DNA of 64,000 bases, taken from assembly GCA_013239625.1 (NCBI GenBank), contig MU053792.1, positions 1-64,000 of the forward strand. Direction: 5' to 3'. Position numbers and translations under genes: made by a program. The DNA comes from Lama guanicoe. Taxonomy: Eukaryota. Shown in pieces: positions 25,526 to 38,838 of this stretch. Below the pieces are notes generated by a model. It made no database searches. It was not told the DNA's origin and saw nothing but the letters and a program-made list of their open reading frames with translations. The first letter of the stretch is position 1; every line of letters begins with the position of its first letter.

Positions 25526-28500
25526 GGTCCTAGAGACAATTCTGTATTAATGACAGCTTAGATTAGATGGTTTCGAATGATCAAATGATGGATTCTTGTA
25601 TCTCCTGCATTTTTGTAACAGAGCTTCAGTTTGACAAACCCTGTCCCTTTCTAGTTTAATTGTCTTTGTCAGGAAATTTTTGATTATTATAAAAGATGAT
25701 TATTTATATATGAGAAAGAGCAAATATAACACCCTCTTCTAATTTTTAACAGTGTATAAATATTGTAGAATATTATTCTTTCCCAATATTTCTAGATCTC
25801 TTAGGGCATTCATAATATAAAACAAATATTAATTTAAGTTCATTCAATTTTCATGTATTTACTCTTAATCTGATGTATTAAAATAGTCAAAAATTGTCAC
25901 TAAACTTACAGTACTCACTCTGATGAAAACCAACATACTTGTCACTCTTTAGTTCAGCAATGTTACTTAAATCAATTACCTTTTGAGAAGGGTACATTTC
26001 CAATGGTTTTTAGCTGAAATATTTTTTTAAAAAAAAGTCTTTTCCCTCAAGCTTTTACTTTTTATTTTTGTAAAAGTTAAACATTCACTCTCTCTGCGTG
26101 GTGTTCATTTTAGTAACACATTTTGGGAACACTGACTCATTCATCCAATTTTCTATGTGGATAAAAGACTGAGAATCCTTGCCCTCATAAAAACCATCTA
26201 AAAGACACTCTGAAAAAGATTTCAATACCTCTTCTATTCAGTGAGATAAATGTTTATGGTTCTGTTTAAACAAGGTGATTTCTCATGCCTACCACACTAT
26301 TCACATTGAGATTTATTACTCTTTCCTAACTAACTCCATGGTGCATAAATGAAGTTTATAGGAACTGTCAAAAGTTCTCTGTGAAATCCTTAAAAATAGA
26401 ATCTTATGCCTGAAAATATAACTCTTAGGTGTATCAAGATAACTGGAAATGCAAAAACAGATTTGTATTTTTAAAAAATCCAGATTTTCACCGTAGGGAC
26501 CTGTTCAATCTAATGACTAAGTGGTGGATGCAGACAAATGGTCTACCCTATGTAACCACCTCCCCCAAGGTGCACCCTTGTTCTCCTCTGAGAAACCGTT
26601 CTATCAGTGCTTTGCTTTCTTTTATGTCTCTCTCGTTTCTTTTCATCTCTCCCTCAACACTAGCATTTCCTTCCCTATACATCCACTTTTAACCTCTATC
26701 CTTAAGAAAGTCTTTCTTTGACCTGGTTAACATTCTTTCTTTAACGTCATTAAAACATAATTTATTCTTACTGCCTGCCTCTTCCTTTCACTCACATGCT
26801 AACCTCTTGCAAAGTGGCTTTTATACAATTTTATAGGGACTTAGCCGTCACTGTCCTCAAATGCTCTGTTGGATTAGCTATGTTAGCATTATAAATACCT
26901 TTTTCTTCCCTTTCTGGAAATTCTGCCTCCCTAAATTACATGCAGCTGTATTCTTGGTTAATTTACTTGATGGAAATCTTGGGTGTGTGTAAAATTCTGA
27001 CTGTCTAGGTCAGATTCTTACTCCATCATCAACTGCTGTGACCCAGCAAAGTTACTTGCCCTCCTCGTGCCTAAGTGTCCTTAGCTAGGTAAGGGTTTTA
27101 TCTTTAAAGGAGGTAATCTGTCACTCCCTCTGAAGAAAAAGTAGTGTATGTAAAACTGATAGGTCTTCTCCTATCCAGACAAATCTAAAAGAATTTCTCA
27201 AGCAAAAAAACCTAAAAGAAATAAGTATTTTTGAAAATCAGTATTGTACCATATGTAATTCATTGCATAAAACATCACAGAATTTTTGAAGACTAAATAA
27301 TAAAATGTACATGAAACTAAAATATAATAAATCTACATGTTTTTATTCAGTATTTAACACATATTTGATTCTCCATTAAGTACCAGAAAGTAGCCATGGA
27401 AGGTGCCTGGACTTACCATCATGAGTAAAGCATGTAATCTCTTAGATGTTAAGCTTAGACTCATTTATTTTGTAATTTAACTGGCATCAATGGAATTTAA
27501 GCATTTGAAACTTTCATTTGAAAACTGTGAATATGCAGTTAATTAGGGCATAGAATTTCCTGTTGTAATATAAAAATCTTTTCAAATCTTTTTTTAACAT
27601 TAACAGTTTCAAAGGCCAAAATTTATGCAGACTAAAATTTTACATCACTTTACTCATTTGCCCCAGGGTCTCTGAAATTACTTGTAGACTTTATAATGTA
27701 AGCTCAGACCTAAGATGTGTACTTCCATTTTAGAGAAGTATATATTGACTTAAAATTGGCATATTACAGACTGAAAATCTTATGTCTCACATTTCCCTGA
27801 GAGTAACCGTAGGGAATGAGGAGGTCCTTAGTATCACAAGCATTTGAAATAGGAAATACTATTGTGTTTGCTATTAATACAATTACTGGGAGGAGCAACC
27901 AAGATAGCAGAGTAGAAGGATGCTCTTAGCTCAACCTGTCCCATGAATACACCAAAAGAGACATCTGCAAATCCACCCATTCACTCAGAACACCTGTTGA
28001 ACTTTGACAGATTATTGATTTCTTCAAAAGACAAAATTCCTCACAAATCTGGTAGGAGGAAAAAAAAAAGAAGAAATAGAAGAAGGAAAAGCAAATTAGT
28101 GAAGGACCTCCACCAAGGAAGGGAATGACAAAGAAGGTATAGCGCTCTTATGCTGGGATGCCCCTCTCCAAAGGTGAGGTCAACGGGGATGGAGGGGGAC
28201 CTTCAAGTCTTGGAAGAGTGCACAGCAGCCTCTTGGCCAACAGAGCTAAGAGAAACTGGCACGAAGGGTCCCTACAACCCCCAGCCCTAGATGTAAGCCT
28301 GCAGGGAGAAAAGAGGCAGGGCTCAGCCACAGCCACCATATTTCACTGGTGCACAGCTCCCAGGCGGAGGTGGGTTGAAACCTGAATCCATAGGTGGGAC
28401 TGAGATTTGTTTACAGCTCCAGGCAGAGGGGACAATTTTGCTACAAGGGTGACTGTGGAACCACACCCCTAAGACAAATGGGGCAAGGAGCAGAGTTGTG

Positions 28501-29259
28501 GCACTCAGCAGGAGTGAGGGCTGGTGTAGCGTTTCCAGCGGGCCTGCCTACCTTAGGTGGCCACAGCATTGTGCACGGTGCTGACCTGGTAGCTTGAATG
28601 CACAATTGCTACAGGGCTGGAGGCTCTACTGGTGCCGGCCTCTAAGATGAATAAGCGGAGTTCACACAGCAGAGCAAATGCAAGAGCAGCACTTGGCCCC
28701 GGGGATGGCAATGACCCAATCGCATGCCAAGATCCAGGTGTGTGACCCAGAAGTCATTGGAACTGCACTGGTAGCTCTGAGGGCAGAGAACCTGGGAACA
28801 GCAGAGCAGAGCAGTGACAGCCCTGCAACTAAAGCGGGGACAACGGCAGCATCAACAAAGAGCACTTAAAGTACTCCAACCCCACCGACCACACACCTCA
28901 GCTGAGAAATGGGTCTGGAAGCCTCCATTCCAACAAAAGGGAAGAGACTTGACCCCTGTCAGAGCTGTGACAACCACAGAACAAAAAGGAGGCCCCACTC
29001 AACAACCAGGGCAGCCTCTGACCATCAAAACAACCGCCATATCCTCAGTCAAAGGGGTAACAGTCAACACACATGGAAGAAAGACATGGCAACCATCCAT
29101 ACTAAAAACAGACGTCATGACAAAATTGTTAGAGGTGAACATTCTACAAAGGGACACATCCTATTAAAATTTAAAAAAACAGAAACAAAAACAGCCCTTT
29201 AACACCACAGTAGATAACTGATACACCATAATCCGTAGTCTAAGAGAGATATAGGCAGA

Positions 29260-30139
29260 ATGAAGAAGCAAAAGAACTTCCAATTAAAAGAATGAGAAGT
29301 TCCCTGAAAGAACAATCAATGAGATAGACCTTGATAGTCTACTAGATCATGACTTCAAAAAGGGGGTAATAAAACACTGAAGGAAATGTGAGTGACAATG
29401 AATAGAGACAGAGAGTAATATGAAAAGGAAATAGAAACTATAAAAAGAAGCCAATCAAAAAAAAAGAAAACTCAATGGCTGGGAGAAGAGCCAAGCTAAA
29501 GGCATTCAAAAACAAACTAGATAATGCAGAGGAACAAATGACTTAGAAGACAGGATAACAGAAATCACCCAATCAGAACAGCAGACAAAAAAGCAAGTAA
29601 AAATCTGTGAAAGCAATATAAGATACCCATAGGATAATATAAAGCATGCCAACCAACACATAATAGGAGACCCAAGAGGGCAAGAAAGAGCATAAAGGAT
29701 TGAAAAGGTATTTGAAGAAATCATGAATGAAAACTTCCCAAACCTAAAGAAGGAATCAGATATCCAAGTACAGGAAGCACAGAGGGTCCCAAACAAGAAG
29801 AATGCAAACAGACCCACACCAAGACGTAATATAATCAGGATGGCCAGGATTAAAGATAAAGAAATGATTCTAAAGGCAGCAAGAGGAAACACAGTTACAA
29901 GGGAATACCCATAAGGCTTTCATCTGATTTCTCAACACAAAAATTGTAGGCCAGAAGGGAGTGGCAAGATATCTTCAAAGTCCTGAATGAGAAAAAGCTG
30001 CAACCTAGAATACTCTATCCAGCAAGGCTATCCTTTAGAATAGACAGAGAGATTAAGAATTTCAGACTAGCAAAAACTGAAAGAATTTAGCAATACTAAA
30101 CTTATGCTAAAAGAAATATTGAAAGGTGGTCTACTGTAA
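29260..30139 (+). pseudogene. L1 ORF1p remnant (stops and frameshifts)
   Basis: ORF 29723..29914 ENFPNLKKESDIQVQEAQRVPNKKNANRPTPRR..ILKAAR is the ORF1p RRM region. Confidence 0.92.
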
Positions 30140-30528
30140 ATAGAAAAGAATCAGGATGCTATACAAATGAGAAAATTCATAATTGGAAAGACAATAACTA
30201 CAATGAACTAAAACAGAACAAACATAAGGATGTGAAAGAGGACATCAAAATCATTAAGGGTGAGAGAGGGAGCTAGAAAATATAGATTTTTTCTTTTTTT
30301 CATTCTTTTTAGGGTGTGTTTGAGCTTATATGACTCTCAGTTTAAAGCAAACAGACATAGTAATGGGTTAAACATACTTGAAAAACAGGGTAACCACAAA
30401 TCAGAAGCATAAAATAACATCACAAAAAAAGAAAAAGAAATCAAGCTAATACAAAAGAAAATTATTAAACCACAAAAAAGAGAAAGGAACAAAGAAGAAA
30501 TAACATAAAGTATAAAACTAAGTTCAAA

Positions 30529-33500
30529 ATGGCAATAAACACACATCTATCAATAATTACCATAAATGTCAATGGACTAAATGCTCCAATCAAAAGACAT
30601 AGAGTGGTAGACTGCATAATAAAATAAAAATCTACAATACACTGCATTAAAGAGACCCATTCTAGGGGAAGGACACACAAAGATTGAAAGTGAGAAGATA
30701 GAAAAAAGATATTTCATGCAAATGGAAATAATAAGAAAGTAGGAGTAGCAATATTGATTTCAGATAAAATAGACTTTAAAACAAAGGCCATAAAGATAAA
30801 AAAGGATGCTATGTAATGAGTAAAGGAACAATAAAAGATAAGGATATTACACTTGTTAATTCATATGCATCAAATATAGAATTACCTAAATACATAAAGC
30901 AAATACTGACATAAAGGGAAAAACTGATGGGAGCACAATCAAAGTAGTAGACTTTAACACTTCTATTAACATCACTGGACAGTTCTTCCAGACAGAAAAT
31001 CATTAAAGCAACAGAGATACTAAATGACACAATAGAATAGCTGGACTCGATTGATATTTTAAGGACATTACATCCAAAACAAAATTACAGACTTTAAAAC
31101 AAAGGCCATAAAGATAAAGAAGGATGCTATGTAATGAGCAAAGGAATATAAAAGATAAGGATATTACACTTGTTAATTCATATGCATCAAATATAGAATT
31201 ACCTAAATACATAAAGCAAATACTGACATAAAGGGAAAAACTGATGGGAGCACAATCAAAGTAGCAGACTTTAACACTTCTATTAACATCATTGGACAGT
31301 TCTTCCAGACAGAAAATCATTAAAGCAACAGAGATACTAAATGACACAATAGAATAGCTGGACTCGATTGATATTTTAAGGACATTACATCCAAAACAAA
31401 ATTACTTTCTTTTCAAGTGCACATGGAACATTCTCTAGGATAAATCACGTACTTGGGCACAAAAGAAGCCTCAACAAATTTAAGAGAATACAAATTATTT
31501 CAAGCATCTTTTCTGACCACAATGTCATGAAACTAGAAATTAACCACAGAAATACAAAGGAGAAAGAAAGACAGCATGTAGATTAAACAACATGCTACAA
31601 AAAGAAAAAAAAGGGGGGGTCAATGATGAAATCAAAAAAGAAATTAAAAAATACTTTAAGACAAATGACTATGAAATAGATGCAAAAATCCTCAACAAAA
31701 TATTAGCAAATAGATTCCAGCAGCACATAAAAATGATCATACACCGAGCTCAAGTTGGATTCATCCCAGGGAAATAAGGATGGTTCAATATATGCAAATC
31801 AATCAACGTGATACACCACATCAACAAGAGAAAGGACAAAAATCACAGGTCATCTCAGTAGATGCAGAAAAAGCATTTGATAAAATTCAACATCCATTTA
31901 TGATAAACACTCTTATCAAAGTGGATACAGAGGGAATATATCTCAACATATAAAATCTATGACAAACCCACAGCCAGCATAATACTCAACAGTGAAAAAC
32001 TGAAAACTTTCCCACCAAAATTTGGGACAAGACAAGGATGTCCACTTTCACCATTTTTATTCAACATAGTCTTGGAAGTCCTAACCATAGGAATCAGGCA
32101 AGAAAAAGAAATAAAAGGGATCCAAATTGAAAGAGAAGAGGTAAAATTGTCACTATATGTGGATGGCATAATACTATATATGGAAAACCCTGAAAGCTCA
32201 ACACAAATCCTACTAGAGCTGATAAAATTACTTGACAAGGCACCAGGATATAAGATTAACATACAGAAATCAGTTGTATTTCTTTATACTAACAATGAAT
32301 TTGCAGGAAAAGAAAGTGAAGAATTAATCCCTTTTAAAATTGCATCCAAAATAATAAAATATTTAGGAATAAATCTGGGCAAAGTGGTGAAAAACTTACA
32401 TGGAGAATTACAAAATATTGATTAAGAAAATTAAAGATGACAAAGAAATGAAAAGATATCCCATGCTCTTCGATTGGAAGAATCAATACTGTTAAAATGG
32501 CCATTCTGCCCAAGACAATCTACAGATTTACTGTGATCCCTATCTAATTACCCCACACATTTTTCACAGAACTAGAAGACACAATCCTAAAATGTATATG
32601 CAATCACGAAAGACACAGAATTGACAAAGCAGTGCTGAAGGAAAAGAACAAAGTTGAAGGAATAACCTTCCCAAACTTCAGGCAATACTACAGAGTTACA
32701 TTAATCAAAACAGAATGGCATTGGTATGAAAACAGACATATCAATAAATGGAACAGAATAAAGAGCCCACAAATAAACCCACAGACCTATGGTCAATTAA
32801 TCTTCTACAAAGGAAGCAAGAATATACAATGGAGAAAAGACAGTCTATTCAGCAAGTGCTGTTGGGAAAACTGGACAGCAGCATGTAAATCAATAAATTT
32901 AGAACACTCCCTCCCACTGTACACAAAAATAAACTCAAAATGGCTTAAAGACTTAAATATGACAAGACACATTAAACCTCCTATAAGAAAACACAAGCAA
33001 AACACCGTCTGACATAAATCTTAGCAATGTTCTCTTAGGCAGACTACCCAGGCAATAGAAATAAAAGCAAATATTTAACCAATGGGACCCAGTTAAATTT
33101 ATAAGCTTTTGAACAGCAAAGGAAACCGTAAACAAAGTAAAATGACAATCTACGGAATGGGAGAAAATAATTGCAAATGATGTGACTGATGAAAGTTAAA
33201 TTACCAGAAGATATAAACAGCTCATACAATAAGCAATTCTCCAATGAAGACATACAAATGGCCAATAAGCACATGAAAAAATGCTTAGTATCACTAATTA
33301 GCAGAGAAATGCAAATCAAAACTGCAATGAGGTGTCACTGCACACCAGTCAGAATGCCCATCATTCAAAAGCCCATGAATGATAAGTGCTGGAGAAGCTG
33401 TGGCGAAAAGGGACCCCTCATATACTGCTGGTGGGAATGTGTGATGCAGCCACTGTAGATAACAGGATGGGAGATTCCTCAAAAGACTGAAAACAGACTT

Positions 33501-33740
33501 ACCATATGATCCAGCAATCCCACTTCTTGGCACATATCCAGAGGGAACCTTAATTCAAAAAGATACATGCACCCCAATCTTCGTAGCAGCACTACATACA
33601 ATAGCCATGTCATGGAAGCACCTAAATGTCCATTGATGGATGACTGGATAAAGAAGTTGTAGTATAGTTATACAATGGAATACTACTCAGCCATAAAAAT
33701 AAAAATGCCATTTGCAGCAACGTGGATGGACCTGGAGAAT
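30529..33740 (+). pseudogene. L1 ORF2p remnant (endonuclease / reverse transcriptase), inactivated
   Basis: MAINTHLSIITINVNGLNAPIKRHRV at 30529; [20 protein letters not shown]; catalytic FADD region reads [33 protein letters not shown]. Many stops and frameshifts. Confidence 0.95.
30771..31405 (+). repeat. 318-bp tandem duplication within the L1 endonuclease region (30771-31088, 31089-31405)
   Basis: By-eye alignment gives 5 substitutions and 1 indel. The antisense ORFs 30809..31030 and 31003..31347 are near-identical. Confidence 0.97.
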
Positions 33741-35095
33741 GTCATTCTAAGTGAAGTAAGTCAGAAAGAGAAAGAAAAATACCATATGAGATCACTTATA
33801 TGTGGATTCTAAAATAAAAGAAAAAAGAGGACATTAATGAACTCATCTACAAAATAGAAACAGACTTGCATACACAGTAAACAATCATATGGTTACTGGG
33901 GTGGGAAGGGATAAATTTGGGAGTTTGAGATTTGCAAATGTTAGCTATAATATATAAAAATACAGTAAGAATAAATTTCTAAAAACAAAATTTCTTCTGT
34001 GCAGCACAGAGAACTATATTCAATATCTTGTAATAACCTTTAATGAAAAAGGATATGAAAATGAATATATGTATGTATATGCATGACTGGGACATTGTGC
34101 TGTGCACCAGAAACTGACACCTTATAACTGATTGTACTTCAATTAAAAAAATACCATTATTGGAAATATGTACACATTTGCAAATAGAAAGTTCAGGTTC
34201 GAGTAAAGATAAGAGGAAAGATAAGTCTATTTTTTGAGCAAATCTGTAGTGCTTTTATTGTGTGTAGTAATTTTGATGACAATATAAATCTGTATTTTAA
34301 TATAAAGAAAGTGCTTTGGGAAATATATTGCAATAAATCTTATTGCTTTTTTAACATTACCCTTTTTATATAATGTCACATACTCTTGTCTTACCTTAAT
34401 ATCAGTTCAAAATATTCATTAATCTGCTTGAAATTGTCTGATGGCTGGCATATTGAAATGTTCTGCATGGTTCATAATAGATTTTTTCTTTTCCTCTGTA
34501 ATATCTACATTTAGTCATTACACAGAAAACCCATTGTTTTTTGCCAGAATTTCATTACAACTTCTGTAACTGTGAGGGAAATCAGACAAGTTTTCCATTA
34601 TGTTGATACGGATGTTTATTTTATTATTTTATTTTAATATACTTTTTAAGGATTGAGTGTTTCTACTCTTTTCTCAGTCTGTTTAATTCAATATCTCTAC
34701 TTTTAAGTGGGACAAACCTCTCAGCTACGATCCTTCTGCTTTTTTTTTTCTTCTTTCCTCAGTTTCCTCCTCTCCTTCCCTAATGAGAGATGGGGTCGGG
34801 GGATACAAATGAACTTAACCCAAAACAAGTAATCTAGGTGACAAAATGCAGTTAGAATGGATAAGGTAGGTTAATTCCATTCCGTGTCTTTTGTGTCAAG
34901 ATTTGGTGTATTGTCTAACTGCAGAATATTACATAAGGTTACTATTTTTAATTTTCCATTTCAAAACACACACACACAACCCTTTCACAGATTTGGGGGA
35001 AAGATTTACCTTTGTTCCTTTAAGAAAAATAGAAGTTTAATATCCCTTTGTCTACAAAACCCCCAAATATCAGCCTCAGGAACACAGGACAGAGC

Positions 35096-35283
35096 AGTGG
35101 TTTTAAACTTTATGTTGGAAAAGCAATCACCTGAATTTCCTGTGAAAGAAGCAAATGCTTCAGAAATACTCTCAAAGACACCAATTTAAGGAGTCTGGGT
35201 GGACTCAGGAATCTGTACTTCTATAAAAATGCCATGTGATTCTGGTTCAAATAATTCGAAGACCATGGTTTGAGAAATTTTAG
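35096..35283. mobile_element. hAT-Charlie MER5-like fossil
   Basis: cagtggttttaaactt...gtctgggtggactcaggaatctgtactt...tttgagaaa. Confidence 0.65.
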
Positions 35284-35350
35284 CCTGAATTTTGGCTTCC
35301 TGGGGAAAAAAAAATTAAAGTTCTAAACTGTCACTATTCAAAAAATAATA

Positions 35351-35824
35351 CAGATTTTTCTCAACTTAGGATAGGATTATGTCCCAATAAACTCATCATT
35401 AAGTTGAAAATATCATTAAGCTGAAAATGCATTTGATACACCTAACCTACCTACCAAACGTCATAACTTAGCCTAGTCTACCCGTGCTCAGAACACACAC
35501 ACTAGCCTACAGTTGGATAAAACCATCCAACACAAAGCCAATTTTGTAGCAGAGTGCTGAATATCTAATATAATTTATTTAATAATGAACTGAAATTGAA
35601 AGGTAAATTGGTGGTATGAGTACAGAATGGTTGTAAATGTGTTGATTGCTTACCCTTGTGATGCTGCAGCTCGCTGCCCTGCCCAGCATCATGAGAGTAT
35701 AGTAATGCACATCACTAGCCTGGGAAAGGACCAAAATTCAGACTTTGAAGTATGGTTTCTTCTGAATGCACACTGCTTTCCCACCATTGTGAAGTCCAAC
35801 CATCATAAAAGGAGGACCACCCGG
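35351..35824 (+). mobile_element. TcMar-Tigger non-autonomous element (MER47/Tigger5 family)
   Basis: TA|cagat.t.ctcaactta.gat...gaaaatgcatttgatacacctaacctacc...tagcctacagttgg...gaagtatggtttcttctgaatgc. Confidence 0.88.
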
Positions 35825-37917
35825 ATTAAGGTCTAAAGCTTCAAGATTGTGAGATTACAGGAGAAGGCAGTGGCAAGTTTCTCATCATGTCTTCTCTGGA
35901 GCCAACAGTTGAGTCAGCACCCTAGTGATGTGTATGGAGCTGAGCGAATATTTCAAGACATTCTGTCACTGTCTACTAATTCAGGGAATGTGGAACAAAT
36001 ACTGGAAGGAGCTGAAGCTTGGTGGAGGATGTGGAACATAGTGGAGTGAGATTTTCACCAGATTTCCCAGAGGGATTCTGCTGACTAATAGCAGACATTG
36101 CTTGATAAGTATTTTAGGCACAAACTAAAAATCAGACACAACGTATTGCATATTTCAGTAGGCAATAGGGTACTGATGAAATTCAGTTATAGACTTTCCC
36201 TGATCTCCCACGAGCATCCAGAGAAAGGAAAGTCTGACTAGAAGAAAACCAAGACCAATGTTCAGAACTCGTTGGGTGATCATATTTTTCTGAAATAAAT
36301 TCTCAGTGTTAGACTAAGATATCTAAACAGATTATCTGCCTTAAGCTCACACACGGTATTGTCATGTTGTCTCTTTTGTAATGAAAACTACTAAGACCAA
36401 AGTTCCCAAATGTGTTAGAGAGACAAGTCCAGGGTTTGCATTCCCTCTCTCCTTCAATACTCTTCTTTCCTTGAAGAGGCACATAAAGATGTCAAAGAAG
36501 AAACACAGATATGGTCAGATATAAAGTAATGACTGAGACTGCTGGAACATTGTTAGAAATTTAATACTCAAGAGTGAGAAAGCCTTGAAAAAATGTAAAA
36601 ATTTCAAAAAGGCATTTATAGATTTATTTTGTGTAAATTGACTTTCTTGTAATAAATTCTTTATCCTGATGTTGAGGTAGAAGGTCAGTATGTACACATG
36701 ATGATGAGAGAGAAAATACTGTTTCTATTTTATGTACAATTACAGTTTAGGTCAACAAAACCCTTTTTTATTGACAACTGTCTACCTAGCACTATTTCTG
36801 GTTCTGAAGATGCAAAGATGACTAAATATAGTTCTTAATGTTAAAGAATTTACGGTCCAAATGAACTAACTAAACAAATTCTAATACTTTCTTTAGACTT
36901 CCTCATGCTGTTCCAAGTTAAAGAGAGACTTAATATAGTGGTATTCTTTCTGCAGTCCCGTCTCTGTTAGTAGAATTCCACCAACAATTCTATAACTTAG
37001 ATTTTTCTTTTAATTTTTAAGATAACAATACTGAATTGTTGAATAAAGACCCTAGCTTCAAAGTGGTCAGTCACAAATATGTATGTGGTCCATGGACTTT
37101 CTTTAACACCAAAAGTACTGATAATAATACAACTACAAAAATAAACAGAATAGAAAGGAATTTGATTTTAATACATAAATGAAGCTTATGGAAAATTCAT
37201 AGGTGCTTTAAATGAATCCAACACTCCAAGTCCAAAAGTACGCATTAATGCCATAAGAAGAAAATTCAGAGAATTCTGATGAACCAATTTCCAAAATTAT
37301 GGAATATTTAAAAAATAACTTTTATTTTCCTAGCTTTTAACACAGAGAAATAAAGTTGATTGTATGTATTAGAAAATATAGATCTGAAAAATAATGATTT
37401 GGGATTTTAGAAAGAGAATCCATGATCGCCGACATTTATAGGTAATATATAGGCAGATTTCTTTATTGATAAGATTCTTATACTCAGGAATAGGGAAATG
37501 CCCCTTAGGGTCTAAATCTGAATTTCAAAAAGTTATTAATCTCTGAAAATACTTGTCAGGTGAATCAATAATTGACAAAAAAGATCTTGTATCTTAGAGA
37601 TATTGAAAATTATTACTTGTGAACTGTGGACATTTCATTCTGTATCTTGTTCACAAATCTAAGTTTTGCTTCAATAGGGGATAACCCAAGATGGATACAA
37701 ACTGGTGAGAGAAACACCAGTTTAAAGATGAACTGGAAACTTACTCAAAGGATTATTTATGTGATAACCAGGCAGAAAGAGTAAGTTGAGATCAAGAAAC
37801 CAAGAAACACACTTGAGGTCAGAGGTCCAGAATGAACAGATTAAGCATTCAATCTGGCGAGAATAAGTATAAACAGAGAAAGAGTACAGGTTTTTCCCAG
37901 CTCAAAAAAAAAAAAAA

Positions 37918-38434
37918 NNNNNNNNNNNNNNNNNNNNNNNNNNNNNNNNNNNNNNNNNNNNNNNNNNNNNNNNNNNNNNNNNNNNNNNNNNNNNNNNNNN
38001 NNNNNNNNNNNNNNNNNNNNNNNNNNNNNNNNNNNNNNNNNNNNNNNNNNNNNNNNNNNNNNNNNNNNNNNNNNNNNNNNNNNNNNNNNNNNNNNNNNNN
38101 NNNNNNNNNNNNNNNNNNNNNNNNNNNNNNNNNNNNNNNNNNNNNNNNNNNNNNNNNNNNNNNNNNNNNNNNNNNNNNNNNNNNNNNNNNNNNNNNNNNN
38201 NNNNNNNNNNNNNNNNNNNNNNNNNNNNNNNNNNNNNNNNNNNNNNNNNNNNNNNNNNNNNNNNNNNNNNNNNNNNNNNNNNNNNNNNNNNNNNNNNNNN
38301 NNNNNNNNNNNNNNNNNNNNNNNNNNNNNNNNNNNNNNNNNNNNNNNNNNNNNNNNNNNNNNNNNNNNNNNNNNNNNNNNNNNNNNNNNNNNNNNNNNNN
38401 NNNNNNNNNNNNNNNNNNNNNNNNNNNNNNNNNN
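37918..38434. other. Assembly gap (N run)
   Basis: N characters. Confidence 1.
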
Positions 38435-38838
38435 CCCTTTCTCCACAGCCTCTCCAGCATTTGTCATTTTTGGATTTTTGAATGACGGCCATTCTGACTG
38501 GTGTGAGGTGATACCTCATTGTAGTTTTGATTTGCATTTCTCTGATAATTAGTGATATTGAGCATTTTTTCATGTGCTTTTTGATCATTTGTATGTCTTC
38601 CTTGGAGAATTGCTTGTTTAGGTCTTCTGCCCATTTTTGGATTGGGTTGTTTATTTTTCTCTTATTGAGTCGTATGAGCTGCTTATATATTTTGGAGATC
38701 AAGCCTTTGTCGGTTTCACTTGCAAAAATTTTCTCCCATTCTGTAGGTTTTCTTCTTGTTTTATTTCTGGTTTCCTTTGCTCTGCAGAAGCTTGTAAGTT
38801 TCATTAGGTCCCATTTGTTTATCTTGCTTTTATTTCTT
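38435..38838 (-). mobile_element. Relatively young 5'-truncated L1 (ORF2 C-terminal region); 3' end lost in the gap
   Basis: Uninterrupted [16 protein letters not shown]...EWEKIFA...[11 protein letters not shown]...KCWRGCGE. Confidence 0.95.

Larger units (their letters stand above)
27890..34149 (+). mobile_element. Near full-length decayed LINE-1
   Basis: 5' UTR, ORF1 remnants, spacer, ORF2 (EN, RT, C-terminal Cys domain), 3' UTR and a short A tail. Imperfect TSD aatacaattactgg (27876-27889) / aataccattattgg (34150-34163), 12/14 identical. Confidence 0.97.

Noticed and set aside
34390..34510. Possible minus-strand exon with AAG|GTAAGA donor
   Set aside because: All three frames contain stops and the acceptor is weak.
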